IMG/VR virus record: IMGVR_UViG_3300005805_000138
Coordinates: 1-47,058 of that record
DNA: 47,058 nucleotides
Strand: one strand, 5' to 3'
From: a virus
Lineage: Duplodnaviria > Caudoviricetes
Shown one piece after another: positions 8,792-16,638 of this stretch. The notes beneath the pieces are model-generated. The model was not told the origin of the DNA. It saw only the letters and a list, made by a program, of their open reading frames with translations, and ran no database searches. A program made the position numbers and the translations under genes. Each line of letters begins with the position of its first letter. Position 1 is the stretch's first letter.

Positions 8792-10141
8792 ATGGCTGAC
8801 CAAAAGATTTCGCAACTTTCTTCCGGCGCACCGGCACAGGCTGGCGATGAATATGTCGTAGCCCGCTCTGGCGCTAACTACAAACTTACCGGCTCAAACG
8901 TCGCTGCGTTAGTTGCAGGAACGGCAAACACGTTCTCGGCAACGCAGACTTTCAGCAACCCGGTTGAATTCGCAGACGGCTCTGCGTCGGCTCCTGCCGT
9001 CACGAACACGGGCGACACCAATACCGGCGTGTACTTCCCTGCTGCCGATGAAATGGCCGTTACGACGGGCGGCACGGTCGCTGCTGCGTTCAATAGCAAC
9101 GGCATCTTCTTCCGTAACCGCATCATCAACGGCGATATGCGGATCGCGCAGCGCGGTACTGCTGCGGTGACGACATCAAATGCGTTCCCAGTTGACCGAT
9201 TTAGAATTCCAAACGGTACGGATGGTGCATTTTCCGCTCAACAAGATTCATCTGCGCCGACTGGATTTATAAATTCGTTAAAATATACAGTTACTACTGC
9301 GGATACTAATTTAACAACTGTCCAAACGACTGGAATCGTTCATCCAATTGAAGGAACAAATATAGCAGATTTTGGATGGGGAACAGCCAATGCTCGAACA
9401 GTAACTTTATCATTTTGGGTGCGTTCTAGTTTAACTGGTACGTTTAGCGGTTCACTCCGCAATGGCAATGTTACAAGATCATATCCATTTACCTATTCAA
9501 TTTCCGTTGCTGACACGTGGGAATATAAAACAGTAATAATTACTGGCGACACTAGCGGCACTTGGACTACAGATACAAGTGCTGGGCTATACATATTTTT
9601 TAGTTGTGGTGGAGGACCAGATACAACAGGCACCGCAGGATCATGGGCAAGCGCAAACTACAGCACCGCAACAGGCACTGTCTCCGTGATTGGTACTCTT
9701 AATGCAACTTTTTATGTAACCGGAGTCCAACTAGAAACCGGCTCCGTCGCCACTCCGTTTGAGCGTAGACCGTATGGCACGGAGTTGATGCTGTGTCAGC
9801 GGTATTATTATCGCGCATTTCCCGGAGCCGTTACTAAACTTCTTGGAACAACTGGATATGTATCCAGCGCAACTAGTTACCGTGCGCTTGGAAATTTTCC
9901 TGTTCCGATGCGCGTTGCTCCTTCAGCGTTAGAAACAACGGGAACTGCAAATCAGTATCAAATTGTGACTGGTGTGTCTGCATTTACGCCAACCGCGCTT
10001 GCTCATGCTGGTTTGACTACTGACATGTATTGGATGGTTGACGTCACTAGTAGTGGGATGACGTCCGCAGATGCAGGTCATTTTAGAACCGACTCAACTA
10101 ACGGAGTCACCGCTTACCTCGGATGGAGTGCAGAACTGTGA
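8792..10141 (+). CDS. Tail fibre / receptor-binding protein
   Basis: MADQKISQL N-terminus; GSASAPA...DTNTG shaft repeat; FRNRIINGDMRIAQRG and GVQLETGSVATPFE.R....EL..CQRYY blocks characteristic of aquatic phage fibres. Confidence 0.75.
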   Translation: MADQKISQLSSGAPAQAGDEYVVARSGANYKLTGSNVAALVAGTANTFSATQTFSNPVEFADGSASAPAVTNTGDTNTGVYFPAADEMAVTTGGTVAAAFNSNGIFFRNRIINGDMRIAQRGTAAVTTSNAFPVDRFRIPNGTDGAFSAQQDSSAPTGFINSLKYTVTTADTNLTTVQTTGIVHPIEGTNIADFGWGTANARTVTLSFWVRSSLTGTFSGSLRNGNVTRSYPFTYSISVADTWEYKTVIITGDTSGTWTTDTSAGLYIFFSCGGGPDTTGTAGSWASANYSTATGTVSVIGTLNATFYVTGVQLETGSVATPFERRPYGTELMLCQRYYYRAFPGAVTKLLGTTGYVSSATSYRALGNFPVPMRVAPSALETTGTANQYQIVTGVSAFTPTALAHAGLTTDMYWMVDVTSSGMTSADAGHFRTDSTNGVTAYLGWSAEL

Positions 10142-10305
10142 CGTACAAAATGCTGCCGAAGAAAGAAGGCGAGCCACAAATCTACGCTCGCATCGACGAC
10201 GATGGCCTGTGCCGCCTGACCTGCACAGACGAATATCCGCCATTCAAGGAGTGGCTTGCAGAAGGCAACGAGCCGCTGCCTGCTGACGAACCGCCGAGCG
10301 CCTGA
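10138..10305 (+). CDS. Small fibre-associated protein (assembly chaperone-like)
   Basis: GTGA overlap with the fibre stop; C-terminal EWLAEGNEPLPAD motif commonly follows this fibre type. Confidence 0.6.
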   Translation: MTYKMLPKKEGEPQIYARIDDDGLCRLTCTDEYPPFKEWLAEGNEPLPADEPPSA

Positions 10306-10307
10306 CA

Positions 10308-10589
10308 ATGGCTAACTGGAAAGTGGAGGGGCTGTACGTCGCGCAGACCTCCGATCACGCTGATGTCGTGACGGATGTTGCGTGGGCTTGCTACGGCAAC
10401 AACACCATGCGCGGCAAACTGGCTCTCGGCGAACCCGGCAAGCCGTTTGTGTCGTATGCCGATCTGACGGAAGATGCCGTCCTGTCATGGGTCTGGGCGC
10501 GTGTAGACAAGGCGTTCGTTGAGAATGACGTAGACGCTGCTGCTTCCGCTGCATCACCTGTGACGCTCAAGCCGCTGCCTTGGAGTTAA
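10308..10589 (+). CDS. Fibre-associated small protein
   Basis: VVTDVAW...FVSYADLTEDAVLSWV...PLPW motif. Confidence 0.6.
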   Translation: MANWKVEGLYVAQTSDHADVVTDVAWACYGNNTMRGKLALGEPGKPFVSYADLTEDAVLSWVWARVDKAFVENDVDAAASAASPVTLKPLPWS

Positions 10590-10592
10590 ACC

Positions 10593-10901
10593 GTGAACGA
10601 TCCAGAGATCCTCGCCGTACGCTTGGAAGCACTTCACTCTGACATGAGTGAAATGAAGACAGTCTTAAACAAACTGTCGGATGCGCTTACTAAGTTGGCG
10701 TTAATTGAACAAACGCAGAGCCAAACCGCTGGATCTCTTGAACGTGCATTTAAGATGCTAGAGAAAATTGAATCACGCGTGACTGCACTGGAGTTGGCCC
10801 AACCAAAGAATGACTTCGCGTCCACATGGGTCGATCGTATCATCACCGGCACGGTTGGTTTTGCAGCGGCAATTATTGCTGCTAAGTTTGGCTTGATGTA
10901 A
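10593..10901 (+). CDS. Coiled-coil protein with C-terminal TM helix (holin/XhlA-like)
   Basis: GGAG RBS; heptad-rich body; hydrophobic IITGTVGFAAAIIAAKFGLM tail. Confidence 0.55.
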   Translation: MNDPEILAVRLEALHSDMSEMKTVLNKLSDALTKLALIEQTQSQTAGSLERAFKMLEKIESRVTALELAQPKNDFASTWVDRIITGTVGFAAAIIAAKFGLM

Positions 10902-13430
10902 GTGGCTGCACTGAAGATAACTAGTTTCCTTGGTATCGCACCGAAGATTGCCTCGGAGTTGCTGCCGGACACTGCTGCACAAGTTGCACTGAATACTAAA
11001 CTGTATTCGGGAGATCTAATCCCGTATCCGCAACCTGTTGCAGCCGGGGACACCGGACAAAACACAACTGTAAAAACTCTTTATGCCCTTCGTAACCCAA
11101 GTACTAGCGCAGTGGAGTGGCTGTCTTGGACTACTGATGTAAACATTGCGGTTGCCACTTCGAACGAGAATAACAACCAGCGGTTTTACTACACCGGTGA
11201 TGGAGTTCCTAAGGTCAGCGACTACACGTTGGCTACTAACGGATCACTTCCGTATCCTGTGGGATACTACGATCTTGGACTTCCGGTTCCGACTACTAAG
11301 CCAACTGTTTCGACTACTCCGTTTACTACCAAGACCTCCGCCAGTTTTGCGCGTGACGCGTCTGGTATCGCTACGATTGTCACTGGAACTCCGCATGGAT
11401 TACGCACCGGAACTATCGTAACTGTCTCCGGGTTTACTTTTATTTCGGGGACATACAATCAGCCCGGTACTACGACAATCACGGTCAACATCCCGAGCCA
11501 CGGTCTTCCAAACGGAGCTGTGGTTTCGCTGGACTTCACGACCGGTACTGCAGTCGACGGCACGTTTACGATTAGTAACGTAACTACAAATACGTTTGAC
11601 GTAACTGCTAGCGCATCGCTTACTACCTCTGGAGCAGTGCGTCTTAGCATTGGTAGCTTCAACGTTACCAACATTGAGATCAGCGTGGTAAATACCACCA
11701 CGTTTACGTATTCAAGTCCGGGTTTCCAGATTGCTACCTACGCTAGCACTGAAGGTCGGATTGACCTCGGCGGCTTTGATCAAGTTCGCACATATGCGTA
11801 CACTTGGTTCACCCCATGGGAAGAGGAGTCGATTGCTTCTGACCCATCGGATGAACTACTGCTGAAGGAAGGTCAAGTTGTTACGGTTACAAATCTTCCA
11901 AGCGCCAAACCTACGGGAAACAACTTTGTCCGTGGCATCCGCTTGTACAGAACCGTACCGTCGACAACTGGTACTCGTTATTTTCGACTTAACACTCTCT
12001 GGTTCCCACTTGCTCTCACTCGAGTAGAGCGGACTAGCAACGTCTCGCGTGTAACTACCGAGTTCCCACATAACCTGAGCATCGACGACCGCTTTAAGAT
12101 AAGTGGTTGCGGTGTGGCTTCGTTCGACATCACAGGCGGAATCGTCACCGATGTTATCGACAATTACACATTTGAATACGCTCAGGTCGCGGCTAATGAA
12201 CCGGATACTACTGTCGCCGTGGGTACGCTATTCTATGACGTATCGCAAACTCCCGGCACTAGCACTGCTCAATACTGGGGTGACGGCGGCGTTTATACTT
12301 TTACTGACAACTTTAACGTAGCCACTCTGCTTGACGTTCTTGAGTCGGATGACTACGACGCGCCGCCTTCGAATCTGAAAGGCTTGGTCGCCATGCAGAA
12401 CAACGTGCTGGCTGGGTTTGTAGCCAACGAGATTTACTTCTCTGAGCCAAACTTACCGCACGCATGGCCAGTTCCGTACAAGATCACTATTGAGCCGAAC
12501 GTTGTTGGGCTTGCACCTATTGGCGGGTCGCTTTTGGTTCTTACCGAATCGTTCCCGTACATCATCCAAGGATCTGATCCGGCTGCAGGATTCAGCACGC
12601 AACGTATTGACCTGCAATATCCGTGTCTGAATATAAAAAGTATCGTTACTTTAAGTGGTGGTGTTGTCTGGTCAACCTACGATGGTCTGGCTTACTACTC
12701 ACCGTTTGCAGGTGCACAACTTGTAACCAAGTTCAACTACAACAACGATACGTGGACAACTGAGTTAGATCCATCAACGATTGTCGCAACCTTCTATAGC
12801 GATATGTATTTTGCCTCGCATTCGAACGGAGCATTTACGTTTGAACGCGACGAAAGGCTTGGTGGTTTGTTTGTTGATCTTGGAGAAACTTCTCAATACT
12901 TGTTGTTGGAAAACAACGACAATCTTCTAAGTGAGTTAGATGGAAGTTTTCTGTTGGAGGATGCAAGCCTCGTCGGATTCACATCCACTTGGTATGACGC
13001 AATAACCAATAAGCTTTACTACACCGCCGGGTCTACTGGAAACGTTTACCAGTGGGATGACTTGACCCAAGCGCCGCTTACCATGCTGTGGAAGTCCAAG
13101 ACGTTTAAGACTAAGGATATGATCAATCTTGGAGCGGCACGCGTTATTGCTGACTACTCTCCAGTTGCCAGCACGGTTCTGGAAACTAACTGGGACGATG
13201 TAGATACGAACTGGGAGGCTACGTCTGGTACTTACGGTATTACCGATCAGGTAATTTTCCGCTTGTATGTAGACAAACAGCTTAAGTTTACAAAACAACT
13301 GGCTAATAGCGGCACGTTCCGTATGCCCAGCGGCTACCGGTCAGATACCTTTGAGTTTGAAGTGGAAGGCAATATCCGCATCCGTGAAGTCCACATGGCC
13401 GAAACTCCGATTGGGCTTAAGGAAGCCTGA
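10902..13430 (+). CDS. Tail nozzle / tail tubular protein with inserted small beta-barrel domains
   Basis: N-terminal FLGIAPK..ELLP...AQ.A.N; beta-propeller-like core (IYFSEP..PHAWP); C-terminal WKSK.F...FRMPSGYR; three PHGL/SHGL/PHNL-type barrel repeats inserted. Confidence 0.65.
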   Translation: MAALKITSFLGIAPKIASELLPDTAAQVALNTKLYSGDLIPYPQPVAAGDTGQNTTVKTLYALRNPSTSAVEWLSWTTDVNIAVATSNENNNQRFYYTGDGVPKVSDYTLATNGSLPYPVGYYDLGLPVPTTKPTVSTTPFTTKTSASFARDASGIATIVTGTPHGLRTGTIVTVSGFTFISGTYNQPGTTTITVNIPSHGLPNGAVVSLDFTTGTAVDGTFTISNVTTNTFDVTASASLTTSGAVRLSIGSFNVTNIEISVVNTTTFTYSSPGFQIATYASTEGRIDLGGFDQVRTYAYTWFTPWEEESIASDPSDELLLKEGQVVTVTNLPSAKPTGNNFVRGIRLYRTVPSTTGTRYFRLNTLWFPLALTRVERTSNVSRVTTEFPHNLSIDDRFKISGCGVASFDITGGIVTDVIDNYTFEYAQVAANEPDTTVAVGTLFYDVSQTPGTSTAQYWGDGGVYTFTDNFNVATLLDVLESDDYDAPPSNLKGLVAMQNNVLAGFVANEIYFSEPNLPHAWPVPYKITIEPNVVGLAPIGGSLLVLTESFPYIIQGSDPAAGFSTQRIDLQYPCLNIKSIVTLSGGVVWSTYDGLAYYSPFAGAQLVTKFNYNNDTWTTELDPSTIVATFYSDMYFASHSNGAFTFERDERLGGLFVDLGETSQYLLLENNDNLLSELDGSFLLEDASLVGFTSTWYDAITNKLYYTAGSTGNVYQWDDLTQAPLTMLWKSKTFKTKDMINLGAARVIADYSPVASTVLETNWDDVDTNWEATSGTYGITDQVIFRLYVDKQLKFTKQLANSGTFRMPSGYRSDTFEFEVEGNIRIREVHMAETPIGLKEA

Positions 13431-13789
13431 TGGCTACCCGTCAGGCAAGGTTCACAGCGATACCAGCAGTTCCGCAGGCTGGTCTTAACCCTGCTACATA
13501 CTCGACTTTGGTCGCCATCAAAGAGAACGTAGAACTTCTTGTTGGCTCGCGTGGCGAACTGGGAGCAGCAAACCGGGCTCTCACCAAGGGGCAATTAACG
13601 GTCACAGATGCACCGCCACAACAGATGCGACAGGTTACCGCTGAAGGACTTGGGTTCACAATAAGCGGTGTAACTGTGCCTAGTATCGACGACTACATTA
13701 AATTGTTGTCTAATGTGCAGCAACTTGCCAATGACGTAGCTGCTGTGCGTAACACCTTGAATGTACTGATAAATCAACTGAAGGCATAA
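13430..13789 (+). CDS. Hypothetical virion protein
   Basis: TGATG coupling; AIKENVELLVG.RG motif; C-terminal coiled coil. Confidence 0.6.
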   Translation: MATRQARFTAIPAVPQAGLNPATYSTLVAIKENVELLVGSRGELGAANRALTKGQLTVTDAPPQQMRQVTAEGLGFTISGVTVPSIDDYIKLLSNVQQLANDVAAVRNTLNVLINQLKA

Positions 13790-13791
13790 CC

Positions 13792-14949
13792 ATGGCTAAC
13801 GATATCAATACTACTTCACTTGACCTCCCCCCGGCGTTGGCCAGCATTCTCAATATGCAACTGCCTACAGTGCAGCAGCCCGCACAAGCCGCTCCGATGG
13901 TAGGACTTTCTTCAGCCGCTGGGATCGGGCCGCAACAGATTGGCGGGGGTATGCCGATGGGTATCCCTTCGTTTCAGGAAGGGGGGTATATAGGGGATAA
14001 CAGAATTCCGAACCCAGTCCGGTCTTTGAACGCGTTAGTTAATTTGCCGGGACAGTTAATGTCGTTGAAACGCGCTAGAGACGCTGGCCCGAAACCCAAC
14101 ATCCCGCTTAGTGAATCTGGCTATGGTAATGATCCGTTTAATATGGGCCCTGCTGGGTTCTATGCTGCCGGACGCCAAGAACAAGCCATGAATAAAGCAG
14201 GCGGTATGGCTCTAGGCAACCAATATCAGGGGTATCTGGATAACATGATCAACCCGCCTCGTGGCGGTGGTATCGCCCGTGACGAACGCTTGGGGGATCA
14301 GAGTTTGAGTATGGATATTCCGTCGTTCCAAGAGGGCGGCATGATTGGCGAGGGGGGTATGCCCGTTCCTCCGGGGGCTGTGCCGGGGATGCCGATGCCA
14401 ATGGCTGGTGTCAATCCTGCTATGGACTCTGAGACTCCGATGGATGCTCAGGCTATGCAGATGCAGATCAATCAGGTGGCCTCGCGCCACCCAGAGGCTA
14501 TGGCTGAGATCCGCAATGCTATCGTGGAAGAGATGCAGTCTGGAGATCTGACTCAGCAAGAGTTGAACATGATCGTTCAGCTTGCGCAGTTGGCTGCAAA
14601 CAATCCAGAAATGTATCCGTACGTGAAGCAGTTCGCCATGCAGCAGGGTATCGCTGCCGCTGGGGATTTACCGGAACAGTACGACCAAGGTCTGGTCATG
14701 GTGCTTCTGCTTGCGGCTCGGGCGGTTCAGCAGGACTTGGGTGGAGCCCCGGCAGGTGAGATGCCTGCAAACGCTGGCCCCGTAATCCCGTCCATGCAGA
14801 AGGGTGGTATGCTCCCGGCTAGCGGTAAAAGCGAACCTATCCTCATTGAGGCCCACACCGGCGAGTACGTTATCCCGAAACACGTCGTGGACATGAAGGG
14901 CAAAGAGTTCTTCGACTCGCTTGTAGAGAAGTACAAGGACAAGAAGTAA
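13792..14949 (+). CDS. Internal virion (ejection-type) protein
   Basis: Met/Gln/Pro/Gly-rich; three PS(F/M)Q(E/K)GG motifs; C-terminal GEYVIPKHVV...GKEFFDSL motif. Confidence 0.55.
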   Translation: MANDINTTSLDLPPALASILNMQLPTVQQPAQAAPMVGLSSAAGIGPQQIGGGMPMGIPSFQEGGYIGDNRIPNPVRSLNALVNLPGQLMSLKRARDAGPKPNIPLSESGYGNDPFNMGPAGFYAAGRQEQAMNKAGGMALGNQYQGYLDNMINPPRGGGIARDERLGDQSLSMDIPSFQEGGMIGEGGMPVPPGAVPGMPMPMAGVNPAMDSETPMDAQAMQMQINQVASRHPEAMAEIRNAIVEEMQSGDLTQQELNMIVQLAQLAANNPEMYPYVKQFAMQQGIAAAGDLPEQYDQGLVMVLLLAARAVQQDLGGAPAGEMPANAGPVIPSMQKGGMLPASGKSEPILIEAHTGEYVIPKHVVDMKGKEFFDSLVEKYKDKK

Positions 14950-15389
14950 TGGGAATGATGTCGATTGAGATGTTAACTCCTGAGCGGGTGGAGCAGTTAG
15001 AGCCCCACCTTGAACCTTTGTTTCAGGAAGCTTGTGAGAGTCACGAAGTCGTTCGTGACGAGATGAAAGGTAAGGATGTGGTCGATCTGGGTAAGACCGG
15101 TATGGCTGCTATCTTTGTCTGCTATTTCGAAGGACAACCGTCCTGTGCGCTTGCTTTCCAGTTCTATGAAGTCAACGGTCACAAGGGTGCTGACTTGATC
15201 GCACTGGCTGGCAAGGGAAAAAGATTAGTTAAGTTCAAGAACGCATACTGGCAGTCGATCATTGAGTGGCTTAAGGCAAACAACGTTGAGTTTCTTGACG
15301 CCTATACGCCGCAATCCAGAGCGTTGGTTTACCAGAAGAAATTTGGTTTTGATAAGTCGTGCGCTTATGTTCGCATGACTCTCCACTAG
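14949..15389 (+). CDS. GNAT-fold-like virion assembly protein
   Basis: 146 aa alpha/beta pattern ending YQKKFGF, at the position where podophages usually carry a GNAT-like gene before the ejection proteins. Confidence 0.45.
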   Translation: MGMMSIEMLTPERVEQLEPHLEPLFQEACESHEVVRDEMKGKDVVDLGKTGMAAIFVCYFEGQPSCALAFQFYEVNGHKGADLIALAGKGKRLVKFKNAYWQSIIEWLKANNVEFLDAYTPQSRALVYQKKFGFDKSCAYVRMTLH

Positions 15390-15398
15390 GAGTTAGAT

Positions 15399-16628
15399 AT
15401 GAGCAAGGCTGTCAAGAAAGTTCTCACGGTTGCTGCGGCAGTTGCTGTGGCTTATTTCGCTCCTCAAGTAGCGGCTTCGCTTCTTACCAAAGCAGGTACA
15501 GCAGCGGCTGCTTCTACTGCGGCTAAGGTTGTTGCAACGGCTGCGGTCAATGCCGCAGGTAACGCAGCGATAGCAGCGGCAACAGGAGGAGATGTAGGAA
15601 AAGCAGCGATAGTAGGCGCAGTTACAGGTGGCGTTAGTGGCTATCTGACCGCGCCTACGGCTGCGGCTACAAGTGCGGCTCCTACTGCGGCAACGGGTGC
15701 GCCTACTCTGACTGGTGGGCCTACGCTTGCTAACGCGGGTGTGACTGCTACGGGTCAACAAATTCTTACGGGAGCAACTCCCGGCCTTGGTGTGGCTACG
15801 GCTCCGGGTGTGACTACTACGGGTGCGTTTGCTCCGGTCGGCTCTACTATTCTTGGTGCTACCTCGGTAACTGGCGTGGCTCCTTCTGCTGTAAGTGCTG
15901 CTGCTACTCCGACACTCTCATTTGGCCAACGTGCCATGGGTGCGTTAAGAGAAGCAGGTGAGGAAGTAGTTACCAAGTTCACCGACCCTCGCGCCATTGC
16001 GGATATGACCTTGCGTGCGGCTGGCCAGTTGGCTGGTTCTGCGATTGCGGGTTCGGGCTTGTCGCCCGCTGAAGAAAAACTTCTGGCTGCTCAGGCTGCT
16101 GACTTGGAAGAACTGAAGCGTACGAACCAAGATCTCTACAACCTGCGACTTGAGCAAGCCAAGGCTATGCTTGGTGAGGCTGCTCGTGACTACGGCTTCG
16201 AAGAAGAATCACGCGCCCGCGTGCGCGGTGCTGGCCTGACAACGGCTGCTGTGCGTGGCCTCACGGGTGAACGTCGGCGTGCTGAACTTGCGCGTCAGCG
16301 TCGTGCTCGTGCTGAGGAAGTGGCCACCGGTCGTGCTCGTGGTGAGTTGATGACTGCTGAGAATACTCGTGCTGCTCGACAGGCTGGACTTGCTGCACTT
16401 CCGGGTGCGGCTCCGCAGGCTTCGACGATGTTTGCTCGTTCTGGTCTGATGGGTGATTACGCTGAGGCAGAGCGCCGTCGTCGTGAAGCATCTGAGCAGA
16501 GTGGTCAGTTCTTCGGTGGCCTCACCGGTCGTCGTCAGGCTGGCTTGCTTGGCACTGAGGATTTGGAAGCAGAGCGTGACCGCAACATAGGCGCACGCGT
16601 ACGAAATATGTTCGGCACCATCGCCTGA
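15399..16628 (+). CDS. Internal virion/ejection protein
   Basis: AGGAG RBS; Ala/Gly/Thr-rich hydrophobic N-half and Arg/Glu coiled-coil C-half. Confidence 0.6.
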   Translation: MSKAVKKVLTVAAAVAVAYFAPQVAASLLTKAGTAAAASTAAKVVATAAVNAAGNAAIAAATGGDVGKAAIVGAVTGGVSGYLTAPTAAATSAAPTAATGAPTLTGGPTLANAGVTATGQQILTGATPGLGVATAPGVTTTGAFAPVGSTILGATSVTGVAPSAVSAAATPTLSFGQRAMGALREAGEEVVTKFTDPRAIADMTLRAAGQLAGSAIAGSGLSPAEEKLLAAQAADLEELKRTNQDLYNLRLEQAKAMLGEAARDYGFEEESRARVRGAGLTTAAVRGLTGERRRAELARQRRARAEEVATGRARGELMTAENTRAARQAGLAALPGAAPQASTMFARSGLMGDYAEAERRRREASEQSGQFFGGLTGRRQAGLLGTEDLEAERDRNIGARVRNMFGTIA

Positions 16629-16638
16629 GGAGTAGACC

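Noticed and set aside
4368-10141. Diversity-generating retroelement or invertible tail-fibre system
   Set aside because: I saw no reverse transcriptase, invertase or near-identical template/variable repeat pair.
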